From NCBI GenBank assembly GCA_965205975.1, contig OZ242195.1:800001-864000 (forward strand): a stretch of 64,000 nucleotides of DNA. Direction: 5' to 3'. This document shows, one piece after another, positions 29,424-39,075 of this stretch (position 1 is its first letter; the number at the start of each line of letters is the position of its first letter). The position numbers and the translations under genes were made by a program. Under the pieces are notes generated by a model. The model made no database searches. It was not told the DNA's origin and worked only from the letters and a program-made list of their open reading frames with translations. This DNA comes from Candidatus Latescibacterota bacterium (GTDB lineage Bacteria > Latescibacterota > UBA2968).

Positions 29424-31490
29424 CTAAAATCGACCAAAATCTGGGAAACTGGCTTCAAAGAGATACGCGAGCTTTGTAAATACGGCGCGCCCACCTGGCA
29501 GTCTATCAACAAACACAAAGTAAAAGTGGCTTTCTGGGGTGAACTCGTAGTCGAAGATTGCGTTGAAATTGTAGCTGATCTCATCTTGCAACCGCTCATC
29601 TACGCGTTCAAAAAAAATGCGCCAACCGATCTTTTGGGTCAATTGATAGTTACTGCGGAGCCGGAAAATTAGCGTATTTCGATGTGTACGCCAAAAGAAA
29701 TTATCCAGGTCGAGATCAGCGGTCAGCTTGCCAAAGAGGTTGACACCCGCAGAGAAGCTGGTAAATCGGTTGAATTCATCTCGACGAGTTCCGAAACGAT
29801 TTGAAACCTCCAGGTGCCACCACGGTGCCTGATAATCAATCACTGAGCCGATAAACCTGGTATCGAAAAGTTGACCGACTTCGCGAAGGGCGCCAAACCC
29901 ACCATAGGTAAAGAAATCAAATCGGCCAATATCAATATCAAAACGGAACTCACTCCGCCGTTCCCGCAGCAATTTTTGTGCATTGGTTTGGTAAAAATGG
30001 CGCATATCAGCACCTAATGACTGCACGAGATTCGCCTCTGGAAACTCGTGTCTGTACCTCACGCGAGCACGCCCCCGACGGAATGCCTCATCTTCAAGCC
30101 CCATCTCATTTGGACGAAAACCGTCCTGAATCTCTTCAAACGCGATTTCGGTGAGCCAACCTTCATGAAGCCATTCCATTTCAGTGTGATACGCCCGATG
30201 CGTTTCGCCATCGATGAAATCGACAGCATACTGCGACGTTACCGTCCAGTCTCGATGAAGTCCAAATCGACCATTGAGTGATAGGAGTGCCACATCTCGA
30301 TCTGCCTGATGTTTATGGATTCCCATTGCGCCGATGACAGTGCGCTCGCCGATATCGTAATTAACCCGCCCGGCCAAAAGATTTGCCTGCTTTTTTTTGT
30401 CTGCATCATACCGATCGATCATTTTGCCGTAAGTGTTGATGACCGCGAAATTAGAACCACCAATTTTGCCTGCGGTTTTTACACCAAAATCGATTTCTTG
30501 AACACGGCGAGTATAGAATAAATTGAGCGGCAACCTGAACAGTTCAGCACCTTCCCGGAAGAATGGACGGCGTTCAGGGAGAGACAACTCCCGATCACTT
30601 GATATGTTAATTTGCGTCGGGTCACTTTCCAATTGTGAAAAATCGGGATTGAAAGTCACATTCGAGGTGAGGTGCGTCGAAATCGGGAGAATCAGGTCTA
30701 AACCACCATCGTGGTCATTGGAACGATTTTCTATTGCACGATAGGTCCCGTAGGGGAGAATACCGATCTTCTGCTCTGTTTTGATCTTTTCGAAATTCAA
30801 TCCAGTCAAATCGCCAAACTCCGATACGCGCCCGAAAAAATCGGTGCGTGCCCACGAATAGGATTGACCATTTATCGGATGTGTCCGCCAAAAGTTGATT
30901 CCCCACGTCGTATTGTGCCGATTAAAACGGAGCACGCGAAACGGGATCGCAAATTCTGCTGTCCAGTGATTTCGGTGTTTTTTTATTTTTGATTCCCATT
31001 TTGCATCCCAACTCAGGTCGAAAACACTCTCATTACTGACCCGCTCGTCCATCTGTGTGCCGAGTGTATTGATTCCAAATACGTAGCAGTTGCGACGGTC
31101 GCGATAGGTATCAAGCATCACTTCGATACAGTCATTCTGCCAGATGGCGGAATCCCGGCGAATTTTCGTCTCGCGCAAACTCTTCATGTCCGGCTCATCG
31201 CAACGCACGCCGATATAGAGCATGTGCTCATCGTACAGCATCCTGACTTCCGTGTTCAATTGCGCCGGATGGATGCTTCCCTCCTTTGCACGAAAGAAAT
31301 TGGTTGCAATTTGGGCGCGTTGCCAGACACTATCTGTAAGCTCGCCATCAATAATGGGGGGATTGTCCGTCCATGTGGCACTGATGGTGCGCGTTGAGCT
31401 TTGCGTTTCTGCGAAAAGCGGTAGCGTCAGCAGCACAATTGGCACCCAAATTATCGCGCATGACCACCGCACCTGTTTGGCTTTCTCCAC
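29424..31490 (-). CDS. CBM9-like sugar-binding domain plus DUF5916-type beta-barrel protein
   Basis: PPIIDGEL, WTAEFAIPF, NPDFSQLESD, ERRPFFREG. Confidence 0.8.
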   Translation of the reverse strand: MEKAKQVRWSCAIIWVPIVLLTLPLFAETQSSTRTISATWTDNPPIIDGELTDSVWQRAQIATNFFRAKEGSIHPAQLNTEVRMLYDEHMLYIGVRCDEPDMKSLRETKIRRDSAIWQNDCIEVMLDTYRDRRNCYVFGINTLGTQMDERVSNESVFDLSWDAKWESKIKKHRNHWTAEFAIPFRVLRFNRHNTTWGINFWRTHPINGQSYSWARTDFFGRVSEFGDLTGLNFEKIKTEQKIGILPYGTYRAIENRSNDHDGGLDLILPISTHLTSNVTFNPDFSQLESDPTQINISSDRELSLPERRPFFREGAELFRLPLNLFYTRRVQEIDFGVKTAGKIGGSNFAVINTYGKMIDRYDADKKKQANLLAGRVNYDIGERTVIGAMGIHKHQADRDVALLSLNGRFGLHRDWTVTSQYAVDFIDGETHRAYHTEMEWLHEGWLTEIAFEEIQDGFRPNEMGLEDEAFRRGRARVRYRHEFPEANLVQSLGADMRHFYQTNAQKLLRERRSEFRFDIDIGRFDFFTYGGFGALREVGQLFDTRFIGSVIDYQAPWWHLEVSNRFGTRRDEFNRFTSFSAGVNLFGKLTADLDLDNFFWRTHRNTLIFRLRSNYQLTQKIGWRIFFERVDERLQDEISYNFNAIFDYEFTPESHFYFVFVDRLPGGRAVFTKLAYLFEASFPDFGRF

Positions 31491-31722
31491 CGTTTTTGCC
31501 TCCTGATCTGGACATTACAAGTCATAAGGGTGAGGAAGACAAGGTTCATGTGGTTTAGACAAATGGAAGGGGGTTTAGGTTTTCCGACCGAGCTATTGAG
31601 GGAAGTTAGCAATTGAGGATATTGCTTTTGTGCGCGATTTAGCGGGGTGGGATTTGGGAGCTGTTTTTGTCATCAGTGAAGAAATAGAGGGACAGCCATC
31701 ACACCCTTCTATTTTTTTGTTT

Positions 31723-32739
31723 TCACTTCTGCTTGCTGGACAGTCGTTTATATTCAAGAAATTTCTCTTGAACCAACCCTTTTGCGAAGAGGTCCTTGCT
31801 CAGATCAAAGCCTTCCTCAATCGAATCGGTTCGTCCAAAACAGTAGAAAGCTGCACCGGCATTCAAACAGACCAGGTCCAGAATTGGTTCGGGGGTCTGG
31901 TGCTGTAAAAGAGATAGGAAGATTTCTGCATTCTCATCACTATCACCACCTGGAATCGTACTGTAATCCCGTTTCGCTATCCCAAAATCTGAAGGCGAAA
32001 TCTGGTATTCCCTGTTCACACCTTCGGCCACTTCAAAGATATGCGTGTGCCCAGAAATGGAGATCTCATCAATCCCTGGCTCTCCGACAACAATCAAGAA
32101 GCGTTTGCGCCCAAGATGGCGGAGTACTTCTACGAGTTGTCTGCCCATATCGACATCAATTGTTCCGAGTATCTGATATTGAGGATTGGCAGGATTGCAT
32201 AATGGAGCGCTGAGATTGAAAATCGTCCTTCTATCAACCATTTGTCTGGCGGGCACAACTTTTTTCATTACTGGATGGTATGTGCGGGCAAATAGAAAAC
32301 ACACATTCGTTCTCCTGAAAATGTCTTCCAATCGGTCGTCTTCGAAATCAAATTCGCAGTCGAGTTTCTCCAGCAAATCAAAGCTGCCATTCGGTCGCTT
32401 TGAGCCTTTATTGCCGTGTTTCACAACCGGAACGCCGCCAGCAGATAAAACGAACGCGGCGGTTGTCGATACGTTGAATCGATTTAAACCGCTTCCACCT
32501 GTTCCACACGAATCAATGACGTCGGAAGGGAGAGGTACAGGTCTTGCTTTGGTCAATAAAGCTCTCGAAAATCCAAGAATTTCATCCGCAGTCTCGCCCT
32601 TCTCAGAGAACGCTATGAGCAGTTCTGCGATCTGTTCGTCTGGCAGGTTACTTTCCAGGATTGCACTCAAGCATTGTTCAGCCTCATCGGCCTGGAGAGA
32701 TTCACCCTCTCTGAGTTTATCAATGTATTTCGAGATCAT
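31723..32739 (-). CDS. trpD: Anthranilate phosphoribosyltransferase (stand-alone copy)
   Basis: DSCGTGG, FNVST, KHGN, RTIFN, GIDEIS, LNAGA. Confidence 0.92.
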   Translation of the reverse strand: MISKYIDKLREGESLQADEAEQCLSAILESNLPDEQIAELLIAFSEKGETADEILGFSRALLTKARPVPLPSDVIDSCGTGGSGLNRFNVSTTAAFVLSAGGVPVVKHGNKGSKRPNGSFDLLEKLDCEFDFEDDRLEDIFRRTNVCFLFARTYHPVMKKVVPARQMVDRRTIFNLSAPLCNPANPQYQILGTIDVDMGRQLVEVLRHLGRKRFLIVVGEPGIDEISISGHTHIFEVAEGVNREYQISPSDFGIAKRDYSTIPGGDSDENAEIFLSLLQHQTPEPILDLVCLNAGAAFYCFGRTDSIEEGFDLSKDLFAKGLVQEKFLEYKRLSSKQK

Positions 32740-32826
32740 AGGTGGTGCTTCCTATTTACAAAAGAGCAAGAGGTAAAAGAGCGCAAGCGACGCAGCGGTA
32801 GCTGGTTGTTAGACGACGATGAGCCT

Positions 32827-33453
32827 CTAACGATGAGAGGTATCAGGCAGAAATTCTGGACCTGGCCTCATGCTGCCTGCTGTCGGTTGATAGAACTGAT
32901 CGGCTTCCAACTTGTACCATCCGAGTGGGTTGTCATCCACGTCCGCCACCTGGATCCAAAGCTCAAGTTGTGGTCGCCGAATTTCTTTCAGCGGCACTGC
33001 CTGCTCAGATAACAAATCGGCGGACACAACAACCCCATCTATTCTCAGGAATGTCCCACCCTCTGCACGATACTGGAGATATTCGATTGTATCTCCCTTT
33101 GAAAAACTAAAGGTATCGTACCCGCTACGACCTCGGTAGTAATCCGTTCTCGACAAATAGAACACTCTTCCGTACGAGGTATAGTGGATTGCGCCATCTT
33201 CCCGAGCAAGAAAGAGACCGGGCATAATGGTTCTAAAGCGGACATCGCTATACCTGATCATCTCACCTCGGGCGGGGCTAATCGTATCCGCAACACTGGC
33301 TTGCGCCGTGGGTGCAGTTCGCAGGACTATCTCATCTCCAGAAGCCTGAATCCTGTGGGGACCTTCACCCGGAAAGATACTGCATTCAAATGCTAAACCT
33401 GGCCCCAATAGTGCAGTGACAGCGAAAATTCCAAAAAAAACGGTCCTCTTCAT
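32827..33453 (-). CDS. Secreted hypothetical protein, cassette-like
   Basis: Signal peptide MKRTVFFGIFAVTALLGPGLA after AAGGAG; flanked by GATAGGC upstream and GTCTAAC downstream. Confidence 0.6.
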   Translation of the reverse strand: MKRTVFFGIFAVTALLGPGLAFECSIFPGEGPHRIQASGDEIVLRTAPTAQASVADTISPARGEMIRYSDVRFRTIMPGLFLAREDGAIHYTSYGRVFYLSRTDYYRGRSGYDTFSFSKGDTIEYLQYRAEGGTFLRIDGVVVSADLLSEQAVPLKEIRRPQLELWIQVADVDDNPLGWYKLEADQFYQPTAGSMRPGPEFLPDTSHR

Positions 33454-33511
33454 ACGGCTCTCCTTCATAATTTCCGTGCGCCTATCAGGAGCAAGATAAA
33501 CGCTAAAGAAA

Positions 33512-33542
33512 ATCCCCGTCAGATAACCTATTGAACGGGGAT
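33512..33542. terminator. Hairpin downstream of the 69-aa gene
   Basis: ATCCCCGT...ACGGGGAT inverted repeat. Confidence 0.45.
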
Positions 33543-33565
33543 CTATATCAAAAAATATAGTAAAC

Positions 33566-33775
33566 TCAGGCAACTCGCTCCCTTTGTTCACTTGGATGAA
33601 GCGAAAGATACTCTCTCACCTCAAGATTCATCCGATCTATTTCAGCCAGATAGCCTCCTGCTGATAACCAATAGTTTTGTGGATTGGTTTCGACCTGTCG
33701 AAGCTTTTCTACTTGTTGCTGAAAATACTGGATGCGTTCCTTGGTCGCCTCAAGCTCCTGATCGTTCTGAATCAT
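33566..33775 (-). CDS. Small coiled-coil protein (69 aa), possibly antitoxin-like
   Basis: GAGGTGA RBS; MIQNDQELEATKERI...GGYLAEIDRMNLEVREYL. Confidence 0.6.
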   Translation of the reverse strand: MIQNDQELEATKERIQYFQQQVEKLRQVETNPQNYWLSAGGYLAEIDRMNLEVREYLSLHPSEQRERVA

Positions 33776-33926
33776 CGCTGATCACCTCTCGTAACAATAT
33801 AGCTTCCGATACTGGTCATTTCCAGCGAAATTTTCTCTATGTCCAAGAACAGCAAAAAAAGAATGAGATCCTAACGGCTATCCTTCGGTACCAGTACTTG
33901 TCAGAGTCCGATCTTCTGCTTCATAA

Positions 33927-34340
33927 TCAAAGCCGTTGCTGTTGCTTAAGTTGGGGGGCAATGTACTTCCGCAAGATAGGATTCAGCGGATATTTTCCTG
34001 ATTCGAGATCCTCCATAGATGCCCAGACGATCTCAAGTACCTCGTCGCCGTCTGGAACAGGTTCTCCCTCAAAATCTGTTATGTAAGCTCGAATTCTAAT
34101 TATGTACCTCTCATAGGTTCTCGGTGGGGAAGTTATACGTTCATATTCGCCGAAAAATTCAGGATCTGTGGGGGTTATGTTGAGTTCTTCCATCAACTCT
34201 CTTCGCAATGCATCCAAATCCGACTCACCGTCCTCGACTTTTCCGCCAGGCAAGAGGTAATCGTCGATGCCATCACACTTCACGAGTAAGAGGCCATCTT
34301 GCGTGATCAGAATCCCTGAGATACGATCGATAGTATTCAT
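33927..34340 (-). CDS. NUDIX hydrolase
   Basis: Nudix box GGKVEDGESDLDALRRELMEEL. Confidence 0.92.
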   Translation of the reverse strand: MNTIDRISGILITQDGLLLVKCDGIDDYLLPGGKVEDGESDLDALRRELMEELNITPTDPEFFGEYERITSPPRTYERYIIRIRAYITDFEGEPVPDGDEVLEIVWASMEDLESGKYPLNPILRKYIAPQLKQQQRL

Positions 34341-34361
34341 TCTTTTCCTCACAAAAGCCAG

Positions 34362-34434
34362 TTTACCCCTCATCCAGATTGCGATCAAAAAAACTCATAA
34401 TAGCTCTGGAATCCGGCCTATCCATATAAGCCAT
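34362..34434 (-). repeat. 73-bp copy of the 3' end of the Ham1-like gene
   Basis: 70 of 73 bases identical to 28766-28838. Confidence 0.95.
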
Positions 34435-34446
34435 TTCAATGCATTC

Positions 34447-35235
34447 TCAGTCGGCAAAGTCATGGATTCTTTGATATACGCTCAATTTGGCCTGATCTAA
34501 TACCTGCCCATATTCCTGAAAAAACAAAGGAATCCACTCATCCCCAAGATTTCTGCGAATGGTGTAGTGAGCTGCGACAAAATCGAGATACCGATCTCCG
34601 ACGCCCGCATAGCCCAAATCAATGTAGCCACTTAAACAGCCATCGTGGATCATTACGTTGGGTAGGCAATAATCCCCATGGGTGAACACCAGGTCCTCTG
34701 GTGGCAGGTCGGCCCGTATGCTGTCCAGCTCATCCCGGAGAACATTCCTCGTTTCACCATCTGGTATCTGACCGTCCAGTACGCCTGAGTTAATCAAGTC
34801 TGTCGCCCACGCAAAATAGCGTTCCATGCGCCAATCCAGGGGGCACGAATCGACCGCTATTGCGTGAATTTCACGAAGACCACGAGCGAACAGGCGTACG
34901 AGACCCGGAACATCACTTTTGGCATCCTGGTGGATGCCAGATACACCAGTGATTTGGGTCATGAGCAGATACTGAGTATTATCTTCTTCGTGGAAGCAGA
35001 CCACGCGAGGCACGTTCAATTTTCCCTGGAGCCAGGACATTGCCGTTTTCTCGGACAGAAGATCGGATTCTTGTGGTGCCGCATGCGTATCTCGTGCTTT
35101 GAGGAACAAACTCTGTTTATGTGGGTGAGTGTACCGGAACACGTCGGCACACGATGCTGTCCGGAGATTTTCCCCATCTGACTTAAAACCAGCTAAATGG
35201 GCTTGGACAGCAGTTGGAAGATTTTCGACTTTCAA
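34447..35235 (-). CDS. APH(3')-family aminoglycoside phosphotransferase-like protein
   Basis: LFLK, VPRV, LREIH, THGDYCLPNV, YIDLG, DRYLD. Confidence 0.88.
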   Translation of the reverse strand: MKVENLPTAVQAHLAGFKSDGENLRTASCADVFRYTHPHKQSLFLKARDTHAAPQESDLLSEKTAMSWLQGKLNVPRVVCFHEEDNTQYLLMTQITGVSGIHQDAKSDVPGLVRLFARGLREIHAIAVDSCPLDWRMERYFAWATDLINSGVLDGQIPDGETRNVLRDELDSIRADLPPEDLVFTHGDYCLPNVMIHDGCLSGYIDLGYAGVGDRYLDFVAAHYTIRRNLGDEWIPLFFQEYGQVLDQAKLSVYQRIHDFAD

Positions 35236-35265
35236 TGCGCAACTCCCGATCAGGCTACTCTCATC

Positions 35266-35300
35266 ACATAACTATGGGATTAACGAACAGTTAAGGTAAT
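35266..35300 (-). repeat. Half-site ending in GTTATGT upstream of the APH gene
   Basis: ATTAACGAACAGTTAAGGTAAT (35279-35300) matches 51258-51279 at 20 of 22 positions. Confidence 0.55.
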
Positions 35301-35313
35301 CTCAGCAGGTCGT

Positions 35314-36306
35314 TTACGTCGCTAAGATATTGTCGATTGTCTGCAGTTCGTCTTCGGTGAAATTCAGGTTGTCGAGCACACCGAGGCTGTCTTCGATTTG
35401 TTCGGGGCGGCTGGCTCCGCAAAGCGCGGTCGTGACCGCTTCTTGACGGAGGACCCAGGCGATGGCCATCTGGGCGAGGGTCTGGCCGCGGGCGCAGGCG
35501 TGGTCGTTGAGCTTGCTGATTTTGCCGAGGAATTCTTTGTTGAGGCGATTTTTGAGTGGGTGACCCGGGCGAGCGGCGCGAGAGTCTGAAGGAATGCCGT
35601 CCAGGTATTTATCCGTGAGCATGCCGCTGTTGAGGATGGAGAAGGCGATGCAGCCGATGCCTTCCTCGCGCAGTACGTCGAAGAGGCCATTGTTTTCGGG
35701 TTGTCGGGTAAGCAGGTTGTATTTGGGCTGATGGATCAGGCAGGGCGTACCCAGGTCGCGCAAAATTCGTGCCGCCTCTCTGGTTTTGTCAGGTGGATAA
35801 TTGGAGATGCCAACATAGAGGGCGCGACCTGAACGGACGGCGAAATCGAGGGCGCCCATGGTTTCTGCAAGCGGCGTGTCGGGATCGGGGCGATGGTGAT
35901 AGAAGATATCGACATAGTCTAACCCCAGGCGTTTGAGGCTTTGATCGAGGCTGGCAACGAGGTATTTCCGCGAGCCAAAATTGCCATAGGGTCCGGGCCA
36001 CATATCAAATCCGGCCTTGGTGGAGATGATCAGTTCATCCCGGTAGGGCGTCAGGTCGAGCTGGAGGATGCGGCCCAGGGTCTCTTCGGCAGAGCCATAG
36101 GGCGGTCCATAGTTGTTGGCCAGATCCAGGTGTGTGATGCCGTGGTCGAAGGCGGTGCGCACAATAGCACGCCCGGTTTCAAACACATCGATGCCGCCAA
36201 AATTATGCCACAGGCCGAGAGAGAGTAGGGGGAGTTGAATACCGCTGTTGCCGCACCGTCTATATGTCATGCTGTCGTAACGCGATTGGGACGGGAAGTC
36301 GGACAT
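35314..36306 (-). CDS. Aldo/keto reductase (YghZ/Gpr-like)
   Basis: LSLGLWHNFG, DLANNYGPPYGSAEE, ISTKAG, WPGPYG. Confidence 0.92.
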   Translation of the reverse strand: MSDFPSQSRYDSMTYRRCGNSGIQLPLLSLGLWHNFGGIDVFETGRAIVRTAFDHGITHLDLANNYGPPYGSAEETLGRILQLDLTPYRDELIISTKAGFDMWPGPYGNFGSRKYLVASLDQSLKRLGLDYVDIFYHHRPDPDTPLAETMGALDFAVRSGRALYVGISNYPPDKTREAARILRDLGTPCLIHQPKYNLLTRQPENNGLFDVLREEGIGCIAFSILNSGMLTDKYLDGIPSDSRAARPGHPLKNRLNKEFLGKISKLNDHACARGQTLAQMAIAWVLRQEAVTTALCGASRPEQIEDSLGVLDNLNFTEDELQTIDNILAT

Positions 36307-36525
36307 GAAGGCTCCTTTGCTATACGTTTGCTCATTCACTATGTACCTGAAAATACCGGCATGACACTTAACATTCTTGCCGTGCCCGAACTGGGTACGG
36401 TCGTGATATATGATGTGGGATGCTTTCAATCGCTAATTAGACTGAGGTCAGGTCAAGGGCAAATGCAGCAACACGCTTGGAATGACTTTGCTCAATCTGA
36501 GACTGGCGTATTACTTTGCTAACCC

Positions 36526-37995
36526 TTACCGATTAGAGACTGCGCCTGGAGCCGGATAGCCTCTGGCCGCGTCGTCTATAACGAGAATCCAGTCATTGTC
36601 TGCGCCTGGATTTCTTGGCGGGTCAAAGGATTGGCGCGTATCATTTTGGAAGATATCGAAAGGTCTCCTGACGGCCTCCGATTGGGTGGTATAGGTAAGC
36701 CCGTCGCGTGGATTGAACCACCATGCATTCGTTGACAAGCCCGAAACTTTCGACAGATCCAAATCTACTGAATGGCCATTTGTAATATAGATAATCCAAT
36801 AGCTGTTATCAGTTGCCCGTGCGGCCTGCACACGATCATCAACGGTTCCTTCCGAAGAAAGAATAATGCTCTGATCTGGTATATGAAAAGGACGAGATTC
36901 AAAGAGTTGTCGAACAAATTTCATCTGACCTGCTCCCTCAAAGTTAAGGGCGTCATACCAGAAGAATTTGTGATGGGAACGTTTATGGATTCGATTGGGC
37001 TTATCCATCTGGTATATGCCATTTGCCCCATAAGTGAAACCAAAGGCACCGGCCAGAATGGACCAGTAGGCGCGACGGCGAAGGTGCCAAGCTGAAAACT
37101 CTCCATTCTTGAAATTATGCTTAACTGGGTGGTGTTCGTAGCAAGGTTCGGCGTCAAGAGTCGGTTTTGGCGGCGTGCGATAGTAGTCCTCCATAATCCT
37201 TTCATAGTTTTTGTTCCCAATTCTGTGCCCTGACTGAATCATATTGAAATCCAGCCAGAGTTTATTATGATAAAATTCACCCGTCGATGTCGCTGGGGGT
37301 CTATAGGTTCCTCCCGGGGGATGGTATGACATCAGGACGTTATCAGACTTTCCCTGTCCCGCACCCTCTGTAATACCCCGAGCCAATGCGTCGTACACTT
37401 TGTGCCTGGTGGGCTTGATATCGCCACCAAGTACCCAAATGATATTCTTATGACTTCTATACCTGTGACCAATAAATAGGCCGTAGCGATAAGCGCGTTC
37501 GGGATTGGAGAGCAGAATGTCTTTAGAACTATTGCGTTTCTTCTCCACATGCCCCCATGCTGGTAAAAGAGCTATATGGAGTTCCAATGATTTCGCTTTC
37601 TCAATGATAAAGTCACAGTGTTTCCAATAGTCTTCATTTGGCTTGCCACTATCTCCATCATGGAAGGCCTTGTGCCCATACGCATTTGGCCGTTCAATGT
37701 TCAAATTAAGTGCACGAGCTTGAATAACATTAAAATGTTTGCCTTTGCGGTCTTCCAAATATCTCAGAACTTCATTCCTATCAAGTTTCGCGAACAATTC
37801 CCAGGCAGTGTCTCCAAGCCAAAAGAAAGGTTCGCCATCTTCTCTAATAAGGAAGTGTCCGCTCTTATCAATTTTCAAATTCATTGATTTCTCCCATTCT
37901 TGTCCTTTAATCTGTTCAGAAAATATCATTAGTGATAGGAACAGAAAAAAAACTGATAAAAGACAGTGAGAATATCGGTTATAGTGATTCTGCAT
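36526..37995 (-). CDS. GH140 apiosidase-like protein (DUF4038 plus putative collagen-binding domain)
   Basis: PFFWLGDTAW, IIWVLGGD, QSGH, DAEPCYE, WWFNPRDG. Confidence 0.88.
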   Translation of the reverse strand: MQNHYNRYSHCLLSVFFLFLSLMIFSEQIKGQEWEKSMNLKIDKSGHFLIREDGEPFFWLGDTAWELFAKLDRNEVLRYLEDRKGKHFNVIQARALNLNIERPNAYGHKAFHDGDSGKPNEDYWKHCDFIIEKAKSLELHIALLPAWGHVEKKRNSSKDILLSNPERAYRYGLFIGHRYRSHKNIIWVLGGDIKPTRHKVYDALARGITEGAGQGKSDNVLMSYHPPGGTYRPPATSTGEFYHNKLWLDFNMIQSGHRIGNKNYERIMEDYYRTPPKPTLDAEPCYEHHPVKHNFKNGEFSAWHLRRRAYWSILAGAFGFTYGANGIYQMDKPNRIHKRSHHKFFWYDALNFEGAGQMKFVRQLFESRPFHIPDQSIILSSEGTVDDRVQAARATDNSYWIIYITNGHSVDLDLSKVSGLSTNAWWFNPRDGLTYTTQSEAVRRPFDIFQNDTRQSFDPPRNPGADNDWILVIDDAARGYPAPGAVSNR

Positions 37996-38025
37996 AAAGG
38001 CTCCTTTGATTATAGAATCGTTTGC

Positions 38026-38475
38026 TCACGCCTCATCGAGTAACGCCAGATGAAAGCCGTGCCAGTCGTCGAGATCGTTGAGGTCGGTGCCGAGCCACTT
38101 TGTGTCAGACTGGGGCAACCCAAGAATCTCAAGCATTTCGCTTCGGCCAGGCTCTGGCTTGGGGAACGAGAGGATGCGTTCGTTGAATTGGTCAATCGCC
38201 TCCGGCGTCAGGCTTTCCGGTTTCGCATTTTCCTTTACCCAGGCCTCGAATGCCAGGTAGCTCGGCTGCGACGCGCTTACGAAAGCGACAGCAGCGGTCG
38301 AGTCAATCCCCAGAGCTTCGAGCAGCAGGCCATCAAACCCGCCTTCGCCCGCTCTGTATTCATCTGCCAACTTGCCCTTTGCCGACAGACGCATTTTCAA
38401 CCATAGCCTCGGAAGGTGAACCAATCCCAACGGGCCCTTTGTCCGGGTGCTGATGAGAGGAACATGTGTCTCCAT
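38026..38475 (-). CDS. DUF5069-like protein
   Basis: GLVHLPRLWLK...GKL..EY..G..GFDG.LLE.LGI. Confidence 0.6.
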   Translation of the reverse strand: METHVPLISTRTKGPLGLVHLPRLWLKMRLSAKGKLADEYRAGEGGFDGLLLEALGIDSTAAVAFVSASQPSYLAFEAWVKENAKPESLTPEAIDQFNERILSFPKPEPGRSEMLEILGLPQSDTKWLGTDLNDLDDWHGFHLALLDEA

Positions 38476-38568
38476 TGCGAGTCTCCTTATTAGTGATTAT
38501 TGTGCATGGTTTGCGGGGGTGGAATGATTGGGTAATCCAACGCTACTTTCGTGTTTCGATTGGACATT

Positions 38569-39063
38569 CTACACAAAATCAGAGGAAAGTGCTCCCAAAA
38601 ATCCAACTCGCTTTTTGGGATCCCGGTATTGAATCAGTTCATAGTGCCCAATCATAAATCCTTGTGCTTCCCAGAATTTCAAGGCTTCTGGATTGTCCCG
38701 TCGGACATTTAAATCGATCCTATCAATTCCCAGGCTATCGGTAATTTCTATGGCTGATTTTACCAGGAACGTCCCAATGCCTCTCCTGCGCCTGGCAGGA
38801 ACAACGTAGAAGTCGTTTATCTCTGCTCTGGTGCCAGATATGGAGAATGAAATAAATCCCACTGGGGATCCTTCGCTTAGCCCCCAAAATACCCTTGGTT
38901 CAGTGCTGGACAGGGGAAAACGATCTGCGAAATACGAATCCCGACTATCAGATGTACATACCGTATCGGCATGTGGCATGATCTCCAGCCAGTAAGCTTC
39001 GACGAGTGGACGAAATCGGTTCTGGTCGGCTGGAATTACCCGTTCGAATGTGAGTGCGGTCAT
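38569..39063 (-). CDS. GNAT acetyltransferase
   Basis: FYVVPARRRRGIG, NPEALKFWEAQGF. Confidence 0.92.
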   Translation of the reverse strand: MTALTFERVIPADQNRFRPLVEAYWLEIMPHADTVCTSDSRDSYFADRFPLSSTEPRVFWGLSEGSPVGFISFSISGTRAEINDFYVVPARRRRGIGTFLVKSAIEITDSLGIDRIDLNVRRDNPEALKFWEAQGFMIGHYELIQYRDPKKRVGFLGALSSDFV

Positions 39064-39075
39064 GCGTACTCCTTA

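Noticed and set aside
31491..31722. trp attenuator or other RNA near trpD
   Set aside because: It lies downstream of trpD, has no Trp-rich leader, and shows only a weak hairpin
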